A stretch of DNA of 20,000 bases from Craspedostauros australis (Eukaryota). Within the stretch, counting starts at the first letter, position 1. The number at the start of each line of letters is the position of its first letter. Shown in pieces: positions 9,467-19,019 of this stretch. The translations under genes and the position numbers were made by a program. Location of the stretch: NCBI GenBank assembly GCA_030167865.1, contig JALAGF010005483.1, positions 52,806 to 72,805 on the forward strand, given 5' to 3'. Under the pieces are notes generated by a model, which saw only the letters and a list, made by a program, of their open reading frames with translations, was not told the origin of the DNA and made no database searches.

Positions 9467-11536
9467 ATGGAAATGATGGCTCCGCTTTCCGAGAACCAAT
9501 CGACCAAGATGCCTGAGAGTCCCACCACCATGCCATCGGTGACGGAGATGCCTCGATCATCTCCGCCGTCACTCCCTTCAACAGACAACGCTGCAAAGAC
9601 AAGGAGGAAGGAGAAACGCAGGAGCGGCGAAGGCTCCGGCAAGCACAACCTGGGTCTGTCTGAGCTCTCCAAGCAACTGCGCATCCTGCAGAATCAGAAC
9701 AAGGTGCAGCAGATCGAGATCGATCGCCTGGAGAGGCAGCTCAAGCTGCTGGCGGACTTGCAGAATGTTTCGGTTGGAGACCTGCGCAGCGCCCTCTTGA
9801 AGGCCTGCCAGGGCGAGGCCCATGCGGAGCTGCAGAGGACAGTGGCGTCGCTGAAGGCGCAGCTGCAGGCGGCGACGCTGGCCAACCAGAAGGGAACCAG
9901 CATCAAGGAGGTCTCCGCATCCAACGACATTGCGAATCTGCAGCTGCGCCTGGGCGAGATGGAGGAAGTCGAGGATGGGCAGAAGGCGGAAATCAAGAAG
10001 CTGTATGCCTACTTGGCGAAGGAGAAGGAACGTGCCGCACGGTTCAAGGCCAAGTGTGCCAGCCAGCGATCCGAAATGGAGCAGATGAAGGCCCAGGCGG
10101 AACGGGAGAAGCTGGAAGTTGACGACTTCATGAAGCAGCTCAAGGATTACCAGGCCAAGCTCGCCTTCATGGAATCCACAGTGCGGCTGCAGCAGAACGA
10201 GTTGGACGAGTGGGCGGCGCTGGGCAAACGGCTCAAGGCCAGCCAGGATGACAAGAACAGCATCATGGAGATGCAACGGTCGGAGGCGGACGAGGCGCAC
10301 ATGAAGCAGATGCGCGATCGCTTGCAGGCGGAACGGGAAAGCAACAAGAAGCTGGAGAATGCCATCCGAGCCGCCAAGTTCGACATCTCCGCACTACGCG
10401 ACGAGGCCAACCGTGCCAAGATGTTCGAAGCGAAGAGCCGCAGCGATGCTGATCTGGAGGTTCAGATATGCAAGGAGAAGGTGGGCGTGCTGGAGGACCA
10501 GCTGACGGCGACCAACGAGAAGTACAAGCTGCGCAATGACCAGTTCAAGGCCAGGTTTGCGCTGCAGGGAGAACGCATTCAGGATCTGGAGCAGCAGCTG
10601 TCTTCGCTGTACGTGGCGTTCGAGCTTCTGAAGAATGACCGCAGCGCGGAGGATGCCACTCGTGAGGCATTGCGCGCTAACCTGGCAACGGCGGACGCTA
10701 CCGTGGCACAGCAAGTGGAGGAGATGGAGAAGAAGAAGCGCGGTGGCGCCCATCGCAGTCAATTGACTCCGACTCCACCAGCACCGCCGTCGCCGTCGAC
10801 ATTCGCAGCAACAAGAATGGCGACGGCAGCAGCAGCAGCAGCGAGTCCGGTAGGCAATGAACAGGCGAGAGTGGATGCGCCCGGTCTCTCGTCTCCGCCA
10901 GTATCCGCACGAGCCCCAGCCCAAACGACGCCATCGTCAACCAGATCGCCATCTCCCGCGCGCTCTCCCACCAACGCATCGGAATCTCCGCAGGGTCACA
11001 ACAAGCTTGTGATGACAGGGCAGATCCTGCTGCGCACGAGCGGCATGGTGAAGCAGTGGAAGAAGCGGACTGCCAGCCTGTACCAGTCGGACAGCAGGTA
11101 CAAGCTGGTGGTCTTCGCTGACGAATCGTCCAAGCAGAAGGTGTTCAGCGCACCTATCGGTGTGTCGCGAGTCGAACAGTTTCCGAGGCAACAGTTCGGC
11201 TTCCAGATCCATATCAATCCGCGCAATGCCAACGCCCCCGTGGTGTGCGCGGCGGCCTTGAATGACGACCAGTACAACGAGTGGATTTCTGGCTTGATGT
11301 TCGCAACTAACACCAAGAGCAACCGCCAGGCCGCATCCGCGTCTGGCCCGCGGTCCCAGCCATCGCCGGAGCCTGCACAAGGTAGCCAAACACCCACGCG
11401 ACCGTCACCCGTACAGACGCGATCCCCGATGCGATCACCATCAGCAAGTTCAAGAGGTAGACAGCGGCCAATGACCCCAGCAGAGCAAGAGCAACGGGAT
11501 CTGGAGCTTGCACTGCGGCTCTCAGCGCAAACGTGA
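9467..11536 (+). CDS. Coiled-coil protein with C-terminal PH domain and ubiquitin-interacting motif (UIM)
   Basis: 689-aa ORF with strong codon bias. About 360 aa of heptad-like E/K/Q/L-rich sequence, then a S/P/T-rich linker. PH-like segment 'VMTGQILLRTSGMVKQWKKRTASLY...FGFQIH...VVCAA...YNEWISGL'. C-terminal 'EQEQRDLELALRLSAQ' fits the UIM consensus (acidic-L-x-x-A-L-x-L-S). Confidence 0.88.
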   Translation: MEMMAPLSENQSTKMPESPTTMPSVTEMPRSSPPSLPSTDNAAKTRRKEKRRSGEGSGKHNLGLSELSKQLRILQNQNKVQQIEIDRLERQLKLLADLQNVSVGDLRSALLKACQGEAHAELQRTVASLKAQLQAATLANQKGTSIKEVSASNDIANLQLRLGEMEEVEDGQKAEIKKLYAYLAKEKERAARFKAKCASQRSEMEQMKAQAEREKLEVDDFMKQLKDYQAKLAFMESTVRLQQNELDEWAALGKRLKASQDDKNSIMEMQRSEADEAHMKQMRDRLQAERESNKKLENAIRAAKFDISALRDEANRAKMFEAKSRSDADLEVQICKEKVGVLEDQLTATNEKYKLRNDQFKARFALQGERIQDLEQQLSSLYVAFELLKNDRSAEDATREALRANLATADATVAQQVEEMEKKKRGGAHRSQLTPTPPAPPSPSTFAATRMATAAAAAASPVGNEQARVDAPGLSSPPVSARAPAQTTPSSTRSPSPARSPTNASESPQGHNKLVMTGQILLRTSGMVKQWKKRTASLYQSDSRYKLVVFADESSKQKVFSAPIGVSRVEQFPRQQFGFQIHINPRNANAPVVCAAALNDDQYNEWISGLMFATNTKSNRQAASASGPRSQPSPEPAQGSQTPTRPSPVQTRSPMRSPSASSRGRQRPMTPAEQEQRDLELALRLSAQT

Positions 11537-11550
11537 CCATGATGGCGAAC

Positions 11551-11553
11551 ACC

Positions 11554-11585
<32 letters not shown>

Positions 11586-11589
11586 CAAC
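11551..11589. repeat. Compound (ACC)6(AAC)7 trinucleotide microsatellite just after the stop codon
   Basis: Read directly, starting 15 nt downstream of the TGA ending at 11536. Confidence 0.95.
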
Positions 11590-12238
11590 GTATAACATTA
11601 TATAATAATTCATAGGAACATTCGTTTGGACTCGTCGCAACGTTAATATTATTGACGTTGGCATGATTGATCACATTCCACTCTACTCTCCGCTACTCTA
11701 ATTGTATAGGAGGAGTGCCTGGTCACCTCCTGGTTGTAACGCTATGTGGAGGCTTGCTCTTGTGATGCCTTCTCCATTCGTATTCTACTCTGCTCGTGCG
11801 CAAGAGAGCAATAGCATTATTACCACTTCCAATAATCTCTCTCCCGCTCCCCGAAGTCTCGTGGTTTGGGTTTCGCAGGGCAAAATACGCATTCTTCGGA
11901 CCGTTGAAAATAGGACAGAAGAATGGTGCCCGAGTGTGTCTTCGCATGACCGTGACAACCAACAACCAACAACCAACAACCAACAAATGACACGAGTTGA
12001 GCTGAAACCAACGCGGCGGATGCGCACAAATCAGCATCTTGGGTCATTGAACATCAAAGACTATTATAACAATCTCGCGACCAATAGACTGAAGCATCTG
12101 TCTTCCACTTCTGCGCACTACTATATTGCGATTGTAATAGTATACGAAGAAATAATACAATACAAAACAATACACGACAGAAGACACAGCTACTCTCTGC
12201 GAGTACTATTCTATTGGAATATAACAGAAGACGAGACC

Positions 12239-13810
12239 ATGGTGAACCCACAAGCATCCAGCGTGCGATCGAGGAGGGTGCAACCGCAACAGAATCACAG
12301 CGCTGCGTCAGAATCCAACAGCAACGATGACGATCCGCAGAGAACGTTCCCGCTCTCATCGCCATCGTCGATGTCGTCGCCGCGCAAGTCATCTCGAGCG
12401 AAGCCTGTGAGGACATCTCAATCCTCGGTCACCGAATTCGTGCTGATCGCATTCCTGTTGGCAGTGACGGGTGCCGTCTTCTTCTTCAACTTTCCCAACC
12501 AGGCGGATGCATCGTCGACCAGTCTCACGCGTGGCGCATCAAACGGCGCAGCTGCCACTTCGTCCCATCCGGAGAATGCCAGATCAGCAACGCCCAAGGC
12601 TCCCGTCATCGCGTACGCCATCTCCCTCATCGAATGCAACGGCGTCACCGGTGCCGGCTTCGTCGATGCGGCAGTGGTGCTGCGCCATTCCGTGCACCAG
12701 AACTCCATCCGCAACCCAGCCTCGGGGTCCAAGTACGATTACAAGATGTACGCCATCGTGCACAAGCAGGCCGCGAGGTGCGCGCCGACCTTGGAGATGG
12801 CAGGCTTCGAGGTCCTCATCCGCGCGCCGCCGCTGCAGCCCAGCCAGATCAAGGACGAGTACCTCAAGCGCACCATCCATCGCGAGAGGTGCTGCGGGCA
12901 TGACGAATTCGTCAAGCTCTACGCCTACCAGCTGTTTGATCACAAGGTGGTCGTGCATGTGGATATCGACTTCATCTTCCACAAGCCGATGGACGACGTG
13001 ATCGACGTCATGCTGGGCGATCGCAGCAAGCGGTCCCAGCTGCCACTCGAGGGTGGATTCGAGATGCCGGACGGTGACATCGAGGCCATGATCACGAAGG
13101 ACTGGCCGTCTGTCAACGTCGCGGGACGCAAGGCGGGGTTCCAGGCAGGTTTCTGGGTGCTCAAGCCATCGCAGAAGCACTTCGATGCGCTGGTCAAGAT
13201 CGTGCTGGAGGGCAACTACGTCGAGGGATTTTCGCGGGAGAATGGCTGGTACGGGTTGGGCTACGGTGGCTTCGTCGGCGCCATGGCGATGCAAGGTCTC
13301 GTCGCGTACTACTACGACATCGTCGTGCCTGGGACGTGGGTGGAGCTCAATCATTGCAAATTCAATCACATCGCTGCCTACACCAAGGTGAAGGGCAAGT
13401 GTCGCAATGGCCAGCCAGAGTGCGAGCAGTGTCAAGTCACGCCGGCGGAGGAGATCTTCAACATCCACTACACGGCCTGCCGGAAACCCTGGCAGTGCAT
13501 GGCGAAGGGATCGAGGTTCCCGGATGCCAAGAACCTCAACAGGAAGCAGGTGCTGAACCAGGGCATGGTGATCGTCGAGCACTGCATGGACCTGCTCAAG
13601 ATCTGGCATGGCTACCGCATCGATCTGGAAAACAAGCTGTATAAGCTGACGCAGGATGAGGGCGTGATGCAGGCGCAGGTGGGATCGTACAACAAGGACT
13701 TCTTCCTGGGACATTGCACGCAAGATCAGGAATCCGGATACCTCAAGCTGGCGAGCGGGAACGAGGATACCCTGAAACGGATCCCGGAACTGTACCAGGA
13801 AGAATTGTAA
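12239..13810 (+). CDS. GT-A fold glycosyltransferase, GT8-like, type II membrane protein (~523 aa)
   Basis: Cytosolic S/R-rich N-terminus, a single TM segment (FVLIAFLLAVTGAVFFFNF) and a stem. Then 'AAVVLRHSV', 'EFVKLYAYQLFDHKVVVHVDIDFIFHKPMDDV' (DxD), 'FQAGFWVLKPS', 'MQGLV' and 'IHYTACRKPW', all matching GT8/glycogenin-like motifs. The ATG at 12239 (gacc ATG G) was chosen because coding-like composition starts there. Confidence 0.87.
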   Translation: MVNPQASSVRSRRVQPQQNHSAASESNSNDDDPQRTFPLSSPSSMSSPRKSSRAKPVRTSQSSVTEFVLIAFLLAVTGAVFFFNFPNQADASSTSLTRGASNGAAATSSHPENARSATPKAPVIAYAISLIECNGVTGAGFVDAAVVLRHSVHQNSIRNPASGSKYDYKMYAIVHKQAARCAPTLEMAGFEVLIRAPPLQPSQIKDEYLKRTIHRERCCGHDEFVKLYAYQLFDHKVVVHVDIDFIFHKPMDDVIDVMLGDRSKRSQLPLEGGFEMPDGDIEAMITKDWPSVNVAGRKAGFQAGFWVLKPSQKHFDALVKIVLEGNYVEGFSRENGWYGLGYGGFVGAMAMQGLVAYYYDIVVPGTWVELNHCKFNHIAAYTKVKGKCRNGQPECEQCQVTPAEEIFNIHYTACRKPWQCMAKGSRFPDAKNLNRKQVLNQGMVIVEHCMDLLKIWHGYRIDLENKLYKLTQDEGVMQAQVGSYNKDFFLGHCTQDQESGYLKLASGNEDTLKRIPELYQEEL

Positions 13811-14698
13811 GCGCCTGAATGATGGATGACAGGTGGCGTGGTAGGTCGCGCTGCGCCATGCAATATCCGTACTAGTACAATATCATTTTAGAGTGAGCGG
13901 ATCGGCGTCGTCCTTTCCTGAAGCTTCGTGGTGATGCTCCGTGAAGATTATTATTCTACACTCCTCGTCTGGTAATTGGACTCAGTATAGCCGTAGTATA
14001 TTTACTCCATGTCACTGGCGCGCATGGCAAGAAAGGACGAGCTATTACATGTATTACATGAAGAGTGACGAGGCATGGGCATGGTGCAATGCGAATGGAC
14101 TATAGACGAAGCTACGAGGAGTAGTTGATTGAAGCTGAGGAGAGTAGATCGTAATCTGGAATGGTCTCCCAGTTGAATTGCTGTGCATGGGTACGACTAC
14201 CTGCGAACATCATTTTGATTCCTCGGTGATTGCACTTGCAAACATGCGGTGGCCAAACGTGGGCTACGCTGTTTGTGTTGGCATATCCCAATCGTGCATG
14301 GTCCGCACACCACGCACAATCGCACCAACAAATCTTGTGTTCTCTTGAGACAGATGAGTCAAACGCAGAAGATCGGTGGACGAAACCCACCACACAAATC
14401 TGCTCCACTGATGCCATCTTCCGCGCCTTTCTGCGTTGTGCGAACTGAGAATGGCAACAGAGGCGCGTCCACGATGACGACCAAGAGAACGGCGAGAAGA
14501 GCAACGACGACGACGGCATGTTGAACCGAACTGCGTCGGACTGAATCAAGCCGAGTTGTTGACTGTCTCCATGATCTCACAAAATCGAAACAACGTCTCA
14601 TTGAAACCGTTTCCGAAAGCCACGAAGTACATTCCACTCCGCGCTACTCCACGCTGCTCCACGCTACTCCATCTCGCTACACACTGCAAGAACAAAAG

Positions 14699-16899
14699 AT
14701 GAAGCTCAATCTCTCCCTCTTCCTCACTGCCATGTGCATGTCCACCAGCACAGCCTTCTTGGGACCCGCAAGCGTGGCCTCTGCCTCCACTGGAAAGGCC
14801 GCAGCATCGACCACCAACCTGGGAGCCACGGTCGAGAAGACTGCTTCCTCCGGCTTGGTGCCTCCCAAGACGATGGCAGAGCTGGCAGGTGAGGAATGCC
14901 AGAACGTCTACACCTCCAACGTCCAAGCCACATACGGGTAAGCCATTCACGTTCTCTTCGTATCCCTATCATGCGTATGGCACGAGTGCGTACTAGTAAT
15001 AATACTAGCACTCCTGTCATCAGATAGACATGGTAGGCTATGCCACGAATGTGCACTTGCGTGTATGGTACTAGTGCGCGCAAGTCAATCAACAGCAACA
15101 GCAACAGCAAGGATGTTGAGGCAGCCTTACAGACTGCCTTCCAACGCGCCATGCCATACACGCGAACACTTCCTTCTCAATCACGTCTCTTCTTGTCATC
15201 CATTGGTTCATCCATTGGCTCATCCATTCGTTCATCCATTCGTTCTTTCTTTTCATCTCACTTTACCTTCGTTTCGACTTGTTTCATCTATTGCATTCAC
15301 TTCTTTTTTGCATTGGATGCGGTGCAATCTCAACACGATCGATGGCGGCAACAATACTTCTCTGCTCCGTACTCACATGCATCCCATTGAGACAACCACT
15401 GTGACTCCAACGACGACCGTCACTATCACCATTCTCATTCCCATAACAGTCGTTACCCGCTCACAATCCAGTCCGGAAAGGGATCCTACCTCACCACCAC
15501 CGACGGCAAGCAATTCTTGGACTGCGTCAGTGGTATCGCCACCTGCGCCTTGGGCCATGCCAACGACAAGTTGACGGAGGCCGTCACCGAGCAGATGAAC
15601 TCCGTGCATCATGTTTCCAACCTGTACTTCATCCCGCAGCAGGCAGCGCTCGCCAACTGGCTGTGCGAAAACTCGGATGCTGAGAAGGCGTTCTTTTGCA
15701 ATTCCGGTGCCGAGTCCAACGAAGCTGCCATCAAGCTGGCACGTCGCCACGCTTCCAATCGTGGAATCACGGTGAGTGCGCATTGCATTAATTTGCATTG
15801 GGGCCTGAGTGGAGCGGAGCTGAGTTGAATGGAATTGAATGAAATGAATCGAATTGCATTGAGTTTGATTGGCAATGTGACCATGGATGATGTCGTCGTG
15901 TGGAATGGGAACATATTCAATGCTCTCTCACATTCTACTCAACGAAACACCGGTACAAATGGAATCTCATTATCATCGTCACTACCATCGGTGCACTTGA
16001 ACCGCCTTGAACCATTGCACGATACGTGCGTTTATGATCAACAGAAACCAGTCATCATCACAGCCGAGAAGTCATTCCACGGAAGAACATTGGCCGCGCT
16101 GAGCGCCACTGGACAGGCGAAGTATCATCAGGGATTCGGATATGACGGAGAAATGGTCAAGGGCTTCGACTATTGCACATACAATGACATCGCCAGTTTG
16201 GAGGCGGCCGTCAAGCGTGCCACCTCCGATGGGCAGGGATTGGCGGCCATCATGCTGGAGCCGCTGCAAGGCGAGGGTGGAATTGTTCCCGGCGATGTCG
16301 AGTTCTTCCAAAAGGCTCGTGAGATCTGCGATGCTAACAACGCGCTCCTGATGATCGACGAGGTGCAGGTCGGCATGGGACGTTCTGGAACTCTGTGGGG
16401 GCACCAGCAATTGGGCATCGTCCCAGACGTCTTCACCAGCGCCAAGGCGTTGGGCGGAGGTGTGCCGATCGGTGCCATGATGGCCCGCGGAGAAGCTGCG
16501 ACCACGTTCGGTCCAGGCGATCACGCCAGCACCTATGGTGGCAATCCGTTGGCATGCGCGGCCGGTTTGGCCGTCGCGCAGTACATCTGCGACAATGACA
16601 TCCTCACCAACGTCGAGGCACGTGGCAAGCAACTCACAGCTGGTCTCGTGGCGTTGTCCGAGAAATACCCAACCATTTTGGGTGAGGTCCGCGGATGGGG
16701 TCTCCTTCAGGGAGTGGAGTGCATCGCCGAAGGCATGGGTCCAGGGGATTTGGTCGGTGAGGCCATGAAGGAAGGACTGCTGCTGGTTCCAGCCGGCACC
16801 AACGTCGTCCGATTCGTCCCACCGTTGATTATCACGGAATCCGAAATCGATGAGGCGCTGTCCAGATTCGAGAAGGCCATCATCGCCGTGAGCTCATAA
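14699..16899 (+). CDS. argD: Acetylornithine aminotransferase (class III PLP-dependent), probably plastid-targeted; 3 exons: 14699-14937, 15450-15771, 16045-16899 (~471 aa)
   Basis: Spliced product ...NVQATYG|RYPLTIQSGKGSYL..DGKQFLDCVSGIATCALGH..HVSNLY..FFCNSGAESNEAAIKLAR..GIT|KPVIITAEKSFHGRT..EPLQGEGG..DEVQVGMGRSG..SAKALGGGVPIGA..HASTYGGNP..VRFVPPL. Canonical splice sites. The N-terminus MKLNLSLFLTAMCMSTSTA-FL resembles a signal peptide with an ASAFAP-type cleavage. Confidence 0.95.
14938..15449 (+). other. argD intron 1 (512 nt, phase 2)
   Basis: GG|GTAAGC donor and AACAG|T acceptor. The join restores the conserved TYGRYP motif. Confidence 0.9.
15196..15243. repeat. 12-bp minisatellite (TCATCCATTSGY)x4 inside argD intron 1
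   Basis: tcatccattggt tcatccattggc tcatccattcgt tcatccattcgt. Confidence 0.9.
15772..16044 (+). other. argD intron 2 (273 nt, phase 0)
   Basis: ACG|GTGAGT donor and AACAG|AAA acceptor. An in-frame TGA at 15826-15828 means it must be removed. Confidence 0.9.
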
Positions 16900-17512
16900 A
16901 CGTCCTGAAGTATGCACGTTATGAAATTATCGGCGGCTATTTGGTCGGATGCTTATGGACTAGAAAGCTTGCCTCGATTCCATTGAATTGAATTGGAGTG
17001 GAGTGGATTGCATTACATTACATTGCAATGCATGGCGAATGAGGAGCGGCATCAATTATCTTCTTGGTGCAAACACTTCACTTACAAGCACAAGCATTTG
17101 GAGCAGCCGCGCCTGTCACCTCTTTGCATCCAGCCTTGCATCAATACGTGAATGCATAACCATTATTCTGTAGAAATAGCACAGAACATAGTGGGCTGCT
17201 TTCGCTATCGTACTACCATACCGTGATGTGTACATACTACTCTGGTACACTGATATGTAAGCTGTGTGACCATCATTTCTGATTACGAATAGGAGAGTAT
17301 TTTATGTTGGGAGTTTAGCTCCGGAAGCGGCACTCCTGTCCGCTTCAGTTGCGACTCGAAGTAAGCACGTCATCTTGACAGAGTGGAAAGTCTTGCAGAT
17401 AAGCGTACCTACACTACTCTGCTCTACTCAGGAGTGCATCATTCTGTTCTGCCATACGAGGACTGCTCGTTGCATGATCCAGTTGTATCATCATGCAGTA
17501 TCATCTATCCAT

Positions 17513-18847
17513 TCACTTGTGCGCCTCGATGGTCCTCATCAATGCTTCTCCGAGCTGCGTCGGTGACTCCCACGGCATCACATTCTGCCCCTCGATGTAC
17601 TTCATGGTGCATCCTTCGATGCGCTCCTGATATTCCGGTCGCGGTCGTTTGTCGTCGTTGCCGGCAAAGATGGTGAGATGCTGCTTCATGTTGACCAGCT
17701 CCTCTTCGTATGATCGATGCAGGCAGAATCCCGCATTGAACGCCATCACAGGAGGCCGTGCTGCTTTGCATGCCTCTGCGTCAAGCTCATCCAGCCAGTC
17801 GGCATCGCACGGTTTGCTGAAGAGGAAGGCGTTGGAAAAGAACTCCAGCGCCCCTCGCGATTCCAACAACTGGAAGGCCAGGTTGCCCCAGATCGGATTC
17901 TTGAGGAAGTCAAAGTTGCGCTGCAGCTCGTTGGGCGGCACCGGCGTCGTGAGGTCGTTCCATTGCGGCGGAGACGTGAGGATGAGCTGGTGGACCAGGT
18001 CTGGGTTGCGATGCGCCAGCTGTATTCCGACCGGTGCCAAACCACCCTGCGCGACGACCACGAACGATTTGTTCCGCGATTTGGTCGTTCTGAAAGCGGC
18101 AGAAGCACTCGATGTCAGGGATGACAGCCATGAAGGCGATTTGCCATTGTTGGCGCTGCTGCCTTCGGAATCTGTAGAGGGAGAACCTCCACCCATCACA
18201 TCAAACATCATCGCCTCGCACCCCTTCGTCCAGCTGAGGGGGAAGAAGAGACCGCGCTCATCGGGATCCCACGCGTCGCTGCCCTCGCTGATACCACAGC
18301 CGATCAAGTTGGGTGCGTAAAGTGCGGGTCCCACCCAGCCATCCATCATCCTTTTCCAGAACCAGGAGGACAGGCCGATGCCGATGGGGTGAATGAGGAG
18401 CAATGGTCTTTGTGATTCATATCCTGGCGAGGCCTTGCGATATCGGTAGGTCAACTTCCATCCATCGTGCTCGTAGGTCTCTATTGAAGATGAGTCTCGT
18501 GATACGGAATCTGCAGGTCCTGACCCAGCACTGGTCATTGTCGCTGATCTCGCCACGCACGCCTTGCTGCGAACGAAGGGCGTGATGCTCCTCTTGGACT
18601 TGTGTGCTTTAAAATGATTGTCGGCGCTGCGCTCTCCGTTTGGAACTTTGCGACTCGACCCGGCGCAGGTTCTGGTGGCAAGGGGAGCTTCGGTGCTGAA
18701 TGCATCGACACCACCGATGATGCGAACGGCATTTGGACATTGGTCAATCTGCAGAGCCACCAAGATTATGGCCATCGCCATGATTGGCACGAAGCGGACG
18801 GTGCTGCGATTGAACCTTGCGGATGGTGCTGATGAGTTCATCTTCAT
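17513..18847 (-). CDS. Alpha/beta-hydrolase-fold protein, possibly plastid-targeted, with a non-canonical active site (~444 aa)
   Basis: 'PLLLIHPIGIGLSSWFW', 'LYAPNLIGCGIS', 'VGIQLAHRNPDLVHQLILTSP', 'LTIFAGNDD' and 'VMPWESP' follow the abhydrolase motif order. A hydrophobic stretch MAMAIILVALQ is followed by 'VDA-FS'. The start is uncertain (other in-frame Mets lie upstream and downstream of 18847). Confidence 0.85.
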   Translation of the reverse strand: MKMNSSAPSARFNRSTVRFVPIMAMAIILVALQIDQCPNAVRIIGGVDAFSTEAPLATRTCAGSSRKVPNGERSADNHFKAHKSKRSITPFVRSKACVARSATMTSAGSGPADSVSRDSSSIETYEHDGWKLTYRYRKASPGYESQRPLLLIHPIGIGLSSWFWKRMMDGWVGPALYAPNLIGCGISEGSDAWDPDERGLFFPLSWTKGCEAMMFDVMGGGSPSTDSEGSSANNGKSPSWLSSLTSSASAAFRTTKSRNKSFVVVAQGGLAPVGIQLAHRNPDLVHQLILTSPPQWNDLTTPVPPNELQRNFDFLKNPIWGNLAFQLLESRGALEFFSNAFLFSKPCDADWLDELDAEACKAARPPVMAFNAGFCLHRSYEEELVNMKQHLTIFAGNDDKRPRPEYQERIEGCTMKYIEGQNVMPWESPTQLGEALMRTIEAHK

Positions 18848-18979
18848 GGTATCGGTATCAGTATCAGTACCACCGCTGGCATTGGCATGCGTGGATCCAG
18901 ATACGACGTGCATTCTTTGCACTGTTGCGAGCCACGAGCGACGGGCTGTTCCTGTTGCTGCTGCTGTTGCTGCTATCAC

Positions 18980-19019
18980 AGTTGCGAGTTGCGAGTTGTG
19001 AGTTGCGAGTTGCGAGTTG
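18980..19019. repeat. (AGTTGCG)5+ heptamer tandem repeat upstream of the hydrolase-fold gene
   Basis: agttgcg agttgcg agttgtg agttgcg agttgcg agttg. Confidence 0.9.

Noticed and set aside
9578..11664. Antisense ORFs over the coiled-coil/PH gene
   Set aside because: Mirror ORFs rich in L/H/Q from reversed K/E/Q codons, partly running through a microsatellite.
12584..13723. 379-aa antisense ORF over the GT8 gene
   Set aside because: Exact codon-register mirror of a strongly biased sense gene. No recognisable domain.
15196..15243. Repeat arrays as CRISPR-like or telomere-like elements (also 18980-19019 and 9385-9414)
   Set aside because: Units are 6-12 bp, head-to-tail with no spacers, not TTAGGG-type, and in a eukaryotic gene-dense context.
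15829..16044. N-terminal 72 aa of the 356-aa ORF in the track
   Set aside because: Intron 2 sequence read in frame. Homology to ArgD resumes only at the CAG|AAA acceptor (16045).
14938..16044. Intron-encoded snoRNA in the long argD introns
   Set aside because: No properly arranged sense-strand C box (RTGATGA) / D box (CTGA) pair with a terminal stem was found by eye. An Infernal/Rfam scan would be needed to exclude it.
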